DNA of 63,651 nt, filler included, from Atractiella rhizophila (Eukaryota), in NCBI GenBank assembly GCA_021432655.1. It is 7 parts of 7 records of this genome, joined end to end, with 100 filler letters (N's around TTAATTAATTAA, not from the genome) between each part and the next. Parts side by side here need not be neighbours in the genome. Positions count along the whole stretch, not along the records: positions 51,535 to 62,507 come from MU272053.1; 6 more parts are not named here. One strand, written 5' to 3'. Both the position numbers and the translations under genes were made by a program. Each line of letters opens with the position of its first letter. The stretch's first letter is position 1. Shown piece by piece: positions 51,664 through 62,607 of this stretch. Below the pieces are notes generated by a model. That model was not told where the DNA came from. It saw only the letters and a list, made by a program, of their open reading frames with translations, and searched no databases.

Positions 51664-54600
51664 GTGCCTCTTCGTATATGGCATCAACGCCTAGCACACC
51701 CCAGCAACGAACGACTGCGACTAGCGATTAAAAATGAAATTGTGTCTCCCTCACATGTAAAGGATAGCTGCAATGCATCCCTTTTAGACAATTGCTTGAC
51801 ATGTGCAAGAGGAAAAGCTACGTACGGAAGGAGTAAGGGACCTGCGAAGATTAGAGACCATAGACCAGGGAGGACGTTGGGATTCGATACATGGGGTCCA
51901 TCGACAGTTGCGAGTATACAAGGATTCCGATACGTTTTCAGCGTCGTCGATGAGGCGTCCAGATATATGATAGTAGGAGGAATGAAGCTCAAATCCGAGG
52001 CACCATCAATCTTGGACGGGGTCAGAGCAGCTATCAAAAGGGACCTTGACGTAGACGTCCGTAAGATACGCCACGACCAAGCCATGGAATTCATGTCGCT
52101 TGCAATGAAAAATTGGTGTGACAAACATCAGATTTCAAACATGAAGACCATGCCGTATGCACACGATCAGGGCGGAATGTGGGAGCGACAATGGTATACT
52201 CTTTTCAACATGGTTCGATGTCTCCTCCTCGACTCCGGACTCCCTTTGTACCTTTGGTATGAGGCGTTGAAAGTTGCCGTCCATATGAAGAACATTATGC
52301 CTACGAAAGCGAACGAGAGAAATCAATCACCCTACGAAAAGTTTCATGGAAGAAAGCCTGATATGACGCACATCAGGGTATTTGGTTGTCTCGCTGCAGT
52401 TACCATCATGCCTGAGCAAAGGGATTCAAAGCTATTACCCCGAGCAAAGCTGATGTATTTCGTTGGATATGTCCCTGACGGTTACGGATGGCGATTCTGG
52501 GATCCCGCAAGGCGGACGATAGTAGAAGGCAAATCTGCTAGATTCTTCGAAAACAAGTTCTACTCAGAGAGAGGCTATCAAGAAACAGAGAGAATACGGA
52601 ACCTGGAGCCTGACGATTTCTTTGACATGCTGATACCACGGAGCGATAAGGAAGAGGGAGAGAAAGGGAGGATAGAGGGAGAGCTGGGTGGACAACGTAT
52701 AAACACAACCGAGATGGAAGCGGGCGATCTTCGAACATCAAGTCCTACGGCACCTGATACACCGGAATCTCCTACACTGTCAAGAAAGCACTTAGACAAA
52801 ACTCAAGCGGCAGTAGAACAAGGGGGAGAACCAGCTACCACTGACGTGCTAGAACCTCCAGAAGGGGACCCCTCGTTTGTCCAAGATCGAGTTGCGGAAA
52901 TCGAAGCATCCATACGGAAGGCGAGGGTCCACGAAGAAGAAATTGCCAGATTCTCCCCTCAACGACAACAACGGCTGGGGAGAGGGATACGTCGCGCAGG
53001 GCAAAATAGATGGGATTACAAGAAACTTCACGAGCGAGGTCTATATTACGCTCAAGTGTACGGAAATGATGAAATCGTCGCGCCTGCAAGGGAACTGGCG
53101 GCGGAAGTGAAACGAAACCCATCAGTCTACAAGGTTACGCTTGAGGACGAGACGGACAATTACGAAGAACACGAGGTCTACTGGACAGGCAGCATCGATG
53201 AACCAACGTTCAAACAAGCAATAGCTGGACCTGACCGTGATAAGTGGTTAGCTGCGATGGTGGCGGAGATGGCAGCGCTCGAGTTAATGGGGATGTGGAA
53301 AGGTGGATTGAAGGAGTTGCCTGAGGGGAGAAAGGCTTTAGGAGTTAAATGGGTGCTTACGGTAAAGCGTGATCCGAGAGGGGAAGTGATAAAGTACAAA
53401 GCACGCCTGGTCGTACGAGGGGATCAGCAAAAGGCGGGCCTAGACTACACGGAGACTTGGGCACCAACCGTGCGGACTGCATCTGTCAGAGCAGTACTGT
53501 CCATCTCAGCCCAAAAGGGATGGGTCCGGCGACAATTCGACGTCAGCAACGCTTTCCTGAATGGCGATCTCGAAGAACAAGTATTCGTTAAACAGCCACC
53601 CGGTTTCATCGACGAGGAACGCCCGAAAGGCGTTTACGAATTAGGGAAGGCGCTCTATGGGTTGTGTCAGGCAGGGCGACAATGGTGGAAGAAGATTCAT
53701 GGAGTACTTACTCAGTTGGGTTTCGTACGGTCTACCGCGGACGAAGGCGTGTATATTCTGCATGAGGACGGCAACACCCTCATCCTCTGTCTCCACGTTG
53801 ATGATGGATTAGTCGTTGGAAACTCACATGCCCTTATGGACTCCATCTTTCAAAAACTGGGCGAATTCTTCTCCTTAAGGGCTGGAACAGCATCCGTGTT
53901 CTTGGGAATCCAGATCGAGGCAGAAGATGGATCCGGTATGGTCAAGATACACCAAGGAGGCTACGCTAGGAAAATAGTGCAGCGATACCTGGGGGACAAC
54001 GTATCGCCAGTTCAGATGCCATGTGACTCCAACAAACGACTGTCCCCCGAAATGTCACCCAAATCTTGCTGAAGAACGAGAAAGGCATGCGACATATACC
54101 TTACCGAGAGGCCGTTGGAGCACTCATCTACCTTACGACATGCACTCGCCCTGATATCGCTTACGCCGTCTGCGAGGTTGCGCGTTACTGCGATAACCCG
54201 GGACTAGACCACTGGCATGCAGTCAAACGTATCTTTCGCTACGTCTCCGGCAGTCTAGATCACGGATTAGTATACGACGGATACATCTTCCCGCAACCAT
54301 CACTGGATGCGTTCGTCGATGCGGACCATGCAGCGGACCCTACGACGCGACGCTCTGTCTCTGGCGTACTCTTCCGGAATGCTGGTGGGGCGATCTCATG
54401 GATATCGAAACGACAGTTGAGCGTGGCTGTCTCCTCGACGGAAGCCGAGTACATTGCCATGTCCATTGCCACTCGGGAGGCGGTATGGCTGCGCAGGCTG
54501 TTCTCCGACCTGGGATTTCCGCAAGTGCAGCCAACACTGATACGGGGCGATAATCAGGGAGCGATACGGCTGGCTTCACATCCGACAGCACATGCACGGA

Positions 54601-54818
54601 CGAAACACATCGCTGTACACTACCACTTCACGTGGGAGAAGGTCGACGATGGCACTGTTATTCTTCGGTGGATACCGACTCGCCAACAAGCCGCCGATGT
54701 ACTTACAAAAGGATTGGCGGCGTCGACTCACTGGCGTTTCTGTTCCACCATGGGGCTCACGAATGAGACGGTATACGGTACGGGGGTTATGGGAACGAAT
54801 AAAGCGGGAAGCGGATAA
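51664..54818 (+). CDS. Copia Pol (HHCC-integrase DDE, reverse transcriptase, RNase H); frameshift near 54066-54085
   Basis: WHQRLAH...CLTC, DTWGP / RHDQAMEF / ERQW, YKARLVVRG, FDVSNAFLNG, KALYGL, HVDD, DADHA, SSTEAEY, RTKHI, ADVLTK. Confidence 0.92.
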
Positions 54819-54850
54819 AGCGGGTAGCGGAGCGGCGAAGTGAGGTGGAG

Positions 54851-55523
54851 TGTTGGAGATCCGGGGATGACACTTGTTTGTTCTATTTGCATTGCGTTCC
54901 GGATGCCGTGCCAAACATGTGCACTTCACCGCTAGTCCGGACTTATAAGTATGCTTGATGTGTTTTCTTTCCTTTTCTTCTTCCCCAATCACATATTCGT
55001 TTATACCATTTGCACTCACTAATAAGTGATTGGGGATTGTTAGGTATGTACGATTATTTATACTGAAATCACATATTCGTTTATACCATTTGCACTCACT
55101 AATAAGTGATTGGGGATTGTTAGTGCAAAGTGGCAGAAAGTACATTTCTCACTGATTTTATAGCCAGAGGGAAAACCGGCGGACCTTTTTGTTAGTGGTC
55201 TCTCTTCGATCTGGAGGAGCGACTGCCTAACAAACTTTGGCTAATTCTCTCAAGAGAGGTCCCGGTGAGCCTTCGGTTGAGCCGCTGTTGAGTGCGACTG
55301 AATAAGAGGCGTCATGATTGCTTCCCCTCGGGATTGTGCTGTTGGGTTCTCACTTGATCAAGAGACCCGTCAGGAGCAGCGAACTCTTGGCGAGGATACT
55401 ATTTCTCCTCGAAAGTGCTCGAAACTGCGAGGGAACAGGAGGGAACTAGGCATGAAATTAAGTTCGGTTTAAAATTCCGACGGGAAGTCCCCCAAAAATG
55501 GAGGCTTGCCAGAATGTGTGACA
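54851..55523 (+). repeat. Putative 3' LTR (end at 55232 CCTAACA or ~55523 GTGACA)
   Basis: TG start immediately after the polypurine tract; contains a 57-bp direct repeat. The 5' LTR is absent, so the end cannot be fixed. Confidence 0.55.
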
Positions 55524-56592
55524 ACTCTCAAGACGAAGAAAATAATATTATATTAGGGATCTGGGCTTGTCGCTAATGAGTTTAAAACACTTCGAAATCA
55601 GTTCGGAATCACCCTCCTGTGTCCCAGAACGTTGTGCAGTCTTCTTGTTGCTAAAAAGCAGAAACCATGAGAAAACAATATCACGCTGTCATGTATATAA
55701 CTTGAAGTTGAAGGGCTGCAATCGCATCCTGTGACCCCATGCTGAGATTATGCTCGAATTCTGTCCTGCAGTAAGATTGAGAAGTACGACCATTCGCGCT
55801 CAAATCAAGGATCAGAGAGATAATGCCCTTGGGGAACGGAAGCGGCTAATATGGCTCATGGAATATTCCAAGGTGTGAATGAGTTGGAGAGGGGAGAGCA
55901 GGACAGCATTCAATGTTCAACGATATCAACTTTTGTGTGAGCACCAGCTGAGCTTCCCTCGTCTCCATCTCAGCTTTCTGCCTGGGACAATCACTCAGTC
56001 ATCGGCTTTCTGTACACTTTCCCTTGCAGCAACCATTGAGGTTACACCCTCTTGACAGATAAAGTTACGCGGAAGCCTCGTGATTAACTATCGTATCCAG
56101 CGATGTCCCGATTGATTTTGCGAGCATCGAAGCTAGCGTGGAGACCGAATAAGGGCTAGTCCCAAGCCCAAGTGCTTTGAACTGAAGTAGTTCAAAAATT
56201 CTGCCTATACTGTGGTCAATAACACCAGTATGTTACATTTAAAAGTAACAAGTTGAATTACTGAAACAAATAAAGAATGTGGGACAAGAGACGGGTGTTC
56301 GAAGATTGACAATTAGTCCTAGCATGCAAAGCTTTGGGAGGAGGACGGGTGTTGATCCTTTATTCCATTCATCATCTTCCAGAACTGGATGAATAACTTT
56401 GACGATCTTTGGGCTACCAGCGACATCAAGCGACAGAGGAGCAACATAAATCCCCTTTCAATTCTTTTTACAACAAGAAGCTCGACCACACACCTCCATC
56501 AAGTCCCTGATCCATCCCACAACTCTCCACCTTAATCTTCTTGCCTCCTTCGCATTTATCGCATCCACAGGTTCTTCGCACCCATAGTAACG

Positions 56593-57032
56593 TTATGCAG
56601 CTTGCATGAGCGTGATATTTTCTCCTTTGAGGAGGAGTCGCCCTGTTCGTGCAAACGAGTCAGGTGCAATTCCTCATTTATCCCCCTAAGAGTGCATAAA
56701 AGCTCACCCAAATCAGTACGTGCACCAACCTCCTTCCCCCGTTTACTCTTGATCACCACCTCCTGCGCCTCATCCAAAACAACATTCATAAACTCGTCAA
56801 ACCCAATCAGCTTTCCTTCCAGTCTCATGTCAAGATTATCATAGAGCCAAATCTGGATGCGAGTGCCGGTTTGAAGATATTTGAAGATGACATTCTATAA
56901 GTCTCTCATAAACATCAGGCCCAGCAGGCAGAGGGGAAAACACACGATGGGCTGAACCATCACGCGTTGTTGACGACCTGAAAACACGTTAGTTTTGCTT
57001 CAAAAAAGCGCAAAAAAGGGTGTACCGCTCAT
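56593..57032 (-). CDS. SME1: Small nuclear ribonucleoprotein Sm E
   Basis: Spliced: MSGRQQRVMVQPINVIFKYLQ...IWLYDNLDMRLEGKLIGFDEFMNVVLDEA...GRLLLKGENITL. Confidence 0.95.
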
Positions 57033-60000
57033 TTTGTAAAGATCCGAAGCGAAACACGAAGAACAGAGGTCGAAAGACTGGCTGAAAGAGAGGCTGGTGG
57101 CGGTTTTGTTGGTTTTGGTACCTGGGCGTTGGTCCTGCGTACGTACCTCGAAACATCCTCAGAAAAATTTTCCAAGTTTTGGCGGATTGCAAGAGGCGTC
57201 TGTAGCTGTCTGTAGAGCTGTAGTACTGGAAACGGGCACTGGCATTGGAAGTAACGACTGTTGTCAGCGTTGTAGCCTTTCAAAGTGAGTGTTTGTTTTC
57301 AAGTGTGGAGCAGCCTGGGTTGGATGATCGCAATTCTGTTTTTCACTGCTGAGTTCTCAGGATGGTTGTGCGCGACCTCAGTACCTCTTTGGAGTGAAAC
57401 GACTCCTTGTTTATATTCTCATAGAGCCTCTTTGTTAATGTTTTATAAGATGGCTCTACTGAATCTGCCGTATTTTAAAGAAAGATGAGACTGGGACCTG
57501 TTCGGTATCCTTTCCGTACAGAATTTTCGGCAAGAAAAGTGCCAAAAGGGTGAATTTAAGGCGATCTACTAGATCAGCTTCCATTGCTCTCATGAAATGA
57601 TGGCAAAGATTATTTGTGGATCAGTAGCAACACACACACTTGTCCCTGCTGCAAGGAGCTGACATTCTGCTTCTAGATGGCTCCTCCTCCACCTTCAGCA
57701 AAAATGAATGGCAAGTTGAAGTCACGCAAGGCACCGACGTCCACTCTCCATCGGGCTTTTGTGCCCCACTCTCTCGCAACCGCTAGCACCCCAGTCACAC
57801 CAATACATCGATTTTCACCTTCTTGTTCGACCTCATCACAGCCTTTGTATGCGTCGCTTACCCGTAATCTTGATTCCCAAATTCTGCGCATCTATGATGT
57901 GAAGACAAGGAGCGTGTTGAGTCGCTGGGGAGCTAGCGTGGAGGAAGGAGCGGAGTGTGTCGAGTGGGGTGTGGTTACGGGAACAGGAGAAGGGAAGGCG
58001 AAGAAGAAGAAGAAGAAGAAAGGAGAAATGAACGGGGTCGTGGCTGATGAGGCACAGGAAAGTGGGAAACTGGTTCTCTTCATCGGAATGAAAGAGGGCA
58101 GCGAAAGTGGAAAAAAGGTCATCGTCCTTGACCCATTCAGTGGACTAGAAATCGCCAGTTTACCATCTGCGCCTACAGCTGGAGAGAAGGAAGGCGTTCA
58201 TGCACTTTGTGTCCTCCCTCACGATGACTCAAAATTCCGAGACACGTCCACGCTGCTCTTCACCCTCTCCAAAGATGTTATCAAGGTGTTCAAGGTTCAA
58301 TCGACCCCCTCTATCATCTTCCAGCACGTCTTTTCCATCCCCACAAACGACTTGCCCTGCAAACCTCTCAATCTCACAGCGCGCTACTCGAATTCAGGAG
58401 AGGCGGACCGCACGCTTCAATTGGTTCTAGTCACGGCTGTTACCGCTCAGCCATGCACTACCTCCTTCACGCTCACTCACCTGCTTTCCCCAACCCAAAC
58501 TATCCTCTCCCTGCGTCCTTTGTCCACGGTCCCTGCAAACTTTTCCACCTCTTCGAAAGCGCTAGAACAGCCTTTTGTAGGGTGGTGCCAAGATGGGTTT
58601 GTTGTTGCGGAAAGGGGAGGAACAGAAGTTTCAGCGTACACAATGGAAGGAAGGCTTCGTGAATCTTTCACTGTGGAAGGTGTGCGAGATGTATCGTTTG
58701 AAGAAGGTTTGTGGAAGGTAGCCCATGGTGGAGGTGTAAGTGTGGGACGTTCTATGGGAACAAGTGAGAAGGCGGTGACGAAGGTTGTTGAAGAAGGGCG
58801 GGGTGAAGAAACCCAATCAGCTTTCCTTCCAGTCTCATGTCAAGATTATCATAGAGCCAAATCTGGATGCGAGTGCCGGTTTGAAGATATTTGAAGATGA
58901 CATTCTATAAGTCTCTCATAAACATCAGGCCCAGCAGGCAGAGGGGAAAACACACGATGGGCTGAACCATCACGCGTTGTTGACGACCTGAAAACACGTT
59001 AGTTTTGCTTCAAAAAAGCGCAAAAAAGGGTGTACCGCTCATTTTGTAAAGATCCGAAGCGAAACACGAAGAACAGAGGTCGAAAGACTGGCTGAAAGAG
59101 AGGCTGGTGGCGGTTTTGTTGGTTTTGGTACCTGGGCGTTGGTCCTGCGTACGTACCTCGAAACATCCTCAGAAAAATTTTCCAAGTTTTGGCGGATTGC
59201 AAGAGGCGTCTGTAGCTGTCTGTAGAGCTGTAGTACTGGAAACGGGCACTGGCATTGGAAGTAACGACTGTTGTCAGCGTTGTAGCCTTTCAAAGTGAGT
59301 GTTTGTTTTCAAGTGTGGAGCAGCCTGGGTTGGATGATCGCAATTCTGTTTTTCACTGCTGAGTTCTCAGGATGGTTGTGCGCGACCTCAGTACCTCTTT
59401 GGAGTGAAACGACTCCTTGTTTATATTCTCATAGAGCCTCTTTGTTAATGTTTTATAAGATGGCTCTACTGAATCTGCCGTATTTTAAAGAAAGATGAGA
59501 CTGGGACCTGTTCGGTATCCTTTCCGTACAGAATTTTCGGCAAGAAAAGTGCCAAAAGGGTGAATTTAAGGCGATCTACTAGATCAGCTTCCATTGCTCT
59601 CATGAAATGATGGCAAAGATTATTTGTGGATCAGTAGCAACACACACACTTGTCCCTGCTGCAAGGAGCTGACATTCTGCTTCTAGATGGCTCCTCCTCC
59701 ACCTTCAGCAAAAATGAATGGCAAGTTGAAGTCACGCAAGGCACCGACGTCCACTCTCCATCGGGCTTTTGTGCCCCACTCTCTCGCAACCGCTAGCACC
59801 CCAGTCACACCAATACATCGATTTTCACCTTCTTGTTCGACCTCATCACAGCCTTTGTATGCGTCGCTTACCCGTAATCTTGATTCCCAAATTCTGCGCA
59901 TCTATGATGTGAAGACAAGGAGCGTGTTGAGTCGCTGGGGAGCTAGCGTGGAGGAAGGAGCGGAGTGTGTCGAGTGGGGTGTGGTTACGGGAACAGGAGA

Positions 60001-60818
60001 AGGGAAGGCGAAGAAGAAGAAGAAGAAGAAAGGAGAAATGAACGGGGTCGTGGCTGATGAGGCACAGGAAAGTGGGAAACTGGTTCTCTTCATCGGAATG
60101 AAAGAGGGCAGCGAAAGTGGAAAAAAGGTCATCGTCCTTGACCCATTCAGTGGACTAGAAATCGCCAGTTTACCATCTGCGCCTACAGCTGGAGAGAAGG
60201 AAGGCGTTCATGCACTTTGTGTCCTCCCTCACGATGACTCAAAATTCCGAGACACGTCCACGCTGCTCTTCACCCTCTCCAAAGATGTTATCAAGGTGTT
60301 CAAGGTTCAATCGACCCCCTCTATCATCTTCCAGCACGTCTTTTCCATCCCCACAAACGACTTGCCCTGGAAACCTCTCAATCTCACAGCGCGTTACTCG
60401 AATTCAGGAGAGGCGGACCGCACGCTTCAATTGGTTCTAGTCACGGCTGTTACCGCTCAGCCATGTACTACCTCCTTCACGCTCACTCACCTGCTTTCCC
60501 CAACCCAAACTATCCTCTCCCTGCGTCCTTTGTCCACGGTCCCTGCAAACTTTTCCACCTCTTCGAAAGCGCTAGAACAGCCTTTTGTAGGGTGGTGCCA
60601 AGATGGGTTTGTTGTTGCGGAAAGGGGAGGAACAGAAGTTTCAGCGTACTCGATGGAAGGAAGGCTTCGTGAATCTTTCACTGTGGAAGGTGTGCGAGAT
60701 GTATCGTTTGAAGAAGGTTTGTGGAAGGTAGCCCATGGTGGAGGTGTAAGTGTGGGACGTTCTATGGGAACAAGTGAGAAGGCGGTGACGAAGGTTGTTG
60801 AAGAAGGGCGGGGTGAAG
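56799..60818 (+). repeat. 2010-bp head-to-tail tandem duplication (56799-58808 / 58809-60818)
   Basis: Sequence and ORF track repeat at offset 2010. Copy 1 has a truncated UTP5 and copy 2 a truncated SmE. A few substitutions near the right ends. Confidence 0.95.
57408..57635 (+). ncRNA. Candidate intronic box H/ACA snoRNA (second copy at +2010)
   Basis: Hairpin TAGAGCC/GGCTCTA, H-box-like AGATGA 57483-57488, 3' hairpin CTACT(A)GATC/GATCAGTAG, ACA at 57630-57632. Lies inside an apparent 392-nt 5'-UTR intron. Confidence 0.35.
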
Positions 60819-62023
60819 CTTATGGGGGAGAGGTGGAAGCGATTGGTGGAAGCTGGGTTGCGCTCACTGCTGAAGGCAGGACTCAATTTCTGACTATTGT
60901 GGGTATTCTGGTTCTCTCACGGACAGTAGCTGATGGATCTCTTTTAAGCAATGGTTGGACGAGACTGGGAAGATCAAAAAAACGATCGAGCTCAAACCTC
61001 TTGAGAAAGATGGAGACGTAGCCATGGACATAGATTCTGCAAGAGTACGTATCTCCTGCTGCATGTGTGGCACGTCGTTGACATAGGTGATCACAGCCCA
61101 CCTTGCCGTCAAGGTACAAGGAGGACCAAGCAATGGCTGCCTCCAGCTCCTTGCTGCCTTCTACATTAGGGCTCCCGTCCCTCTCCGATTCAGAGGGCGA
61201 ACCAACACTCGGCTCCCTTGCTGCTCGACGGCGTCAACGCCGCTATTCATCTTCATCTTCTGGGTCTTCAGCTTCCTCCTCGACCTCTCGCCGGCGTCCT
61301 ACAAGTATTCCTAGCACCTCCCTCTCATCCACGCTCATCCAGGCTTTACATTCGGGAGATGCCAGTCTTCTTCATACTTGCCTTCAGGAAGGAGATCCTC
61401 GCATCATTCGTGAAACTGTTAAGCGGCTACCATCGTCCTCCATAGTTCTCAAACTGCTCGAAGCACTCATGGAGCGTTTGTCGAGCGGAGGAGAGGGGAA
61501 GACGCGCAATTCGATTGAGTGGTTGCGACAAGTGTTGTTGGTTCACACCGGCTATCTCATCACAATACCTAGGCTTGTGGAACGTTTCGCAGGCTTGAGT
61601 CGAGCGTTGGAAGAACGGTTAGAGTGCCGTAAGCGGCTTGAGAGCTTGAACGGACGATTAGAGCTCGTCATGAGCCAGATGGAGCTTAAGCGAGAAGGAC
61701 GGGGAAGGGGAAGGGAAGAGAGAGAGAAAGCGGAACGTAGGTTTGTGGAGGCCGAAGAGGAAGAGGAGGATGAGGAAGAGGAGGGGGAGACAGAGGAAGT
61801 CCTGGCTCCGGAGTCCGAAGACTTTGTGATGCAGAATGGAACAGAGGGGAGCACGATTGCAGGTGATGACACTTCTGAGGATTCAGAAGAAGACACCGAT
61901 TTTGACGAAGACGAGGGAGAGGAGGAGGAGGAGGAGGAGGAGGAGGAGGAGGGAGATATCTCGATGGGCTTTATAGACGACGAGGCCATAGAGAGTGATG
62001 GATCAGAGGATGAGTCTACCTAA
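59687..62023 (+). CDS. UTP5: SSU processome protein Utp5/WDR43-like (Dip2/Utp12 domain, acidic tail)
   Basis: SLSSTLIQALHSGDASLL, IRETVKRL, WLRQVLLVHTGYL, LNGRLELVMSQ, long D/E tail. Confidence 0.82.
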
Positions 62024-62607
62024 CGTCTTGCCTATCCATCCAAAAGTAATGTTCATGATCCTGTATTCCTTCTAATCCTCACTTTTGCCGTGCTGGCCAG
62101 CCTTGCTTTCATCCAACTCCTCGTTCCCTCTCTCCAAGACGAAAGCTTTTTATTTTTCATCCCCCGTTCCGTCCTCAAAATTTGCGATGACAACATCGTG
62201 CCCACGAAGTCATGGCAGATCCCTGCTGCTGACGCCGGGAAAAATGTATGGCGATGGTTGTGAGCCAATAATTCACCGGTCCGCCCACCTCGAACGCAAT
62301 AGCATTGTCGCGCTACGGCATGTGATGATCCTTAAACCGCCCCAAGGGATTGGGAATTATCTTCGATTACCAAAGGTCCCATTGCCCGTTTCGACTAGAT
62401 ATTGCGTGAAGCGAGCGCGGCCATATGGTCAGCGTCATTAGTAGCATACCCCGCACGATGATGGAGTGAGCAAACTTCTCCTTCATCTCATCTCAGGATT
62501 GGGGAAGNNNNNNNNNNNNNNNNNNNNNNNNNNNNNNNNNNNNNNNNNNNNTTAATTAATTAANNNNNNNNNNNNNNNNNNNNNNNNNNNNNNNNNNNNN
62601 NNNNNNN

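Larger units (their letters stand above)
51535..55523 (+). mobile_element. Ty1/copia LTR retrotransposon, 5' truncated by linker
   Basis: Domain order integrase-RT-RNase H. Purine tract GAAGTGAGGTGGAG followed by TGTTGG at 54851. Right boundary uncertain. Confidence 0.92.
11171..62607. other. Six artificial scaffold linkers (11171-11270, 17956-18055, 29162-29261, 40313-40412, 51435-51534, 62508-62607)
   Basis: Each is 100 bp of N with a central TTAATTAATTAA (stops in all six frames). Genes are cut at them and do not resume on the other side. Confidence 0.97.

Noticed and set aside
54060..54090. Programmed ribosomal frameshift in pol
   Set aside because: Copia elements do not frameshift within the RT-RNase H region; the break is explained by extra bases in short runs, like errors seen in host genes.
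50930..54818. dUTPase next to a retrotransposon as an element-encoded dUTPase
   Set aside because: The dUTPase has spliceosomal introns, is on the opposite strand and is separated by an artificial linker.
54987..55123. CRISPR-like repeat-spacer-repeat
   Set aside because: Only two 57-bp units, inside a eukaryotic LTR, with no cas genes.
55366..55426. Hammerhead ribozyme (GAGCA/TGCTC stem followed by GAAAC)
   Set aside because: The upstream core reads GUCAGGA rather than CUGANGA, breaking two invariant positions.
11215..62563. Regularly spaced palindromic TTAATTAATTAA as a biological repeat
   Set aside because: It is always embedded in N runs totalling 100 bp; this is a standard six-frame-stop scaffold linker.
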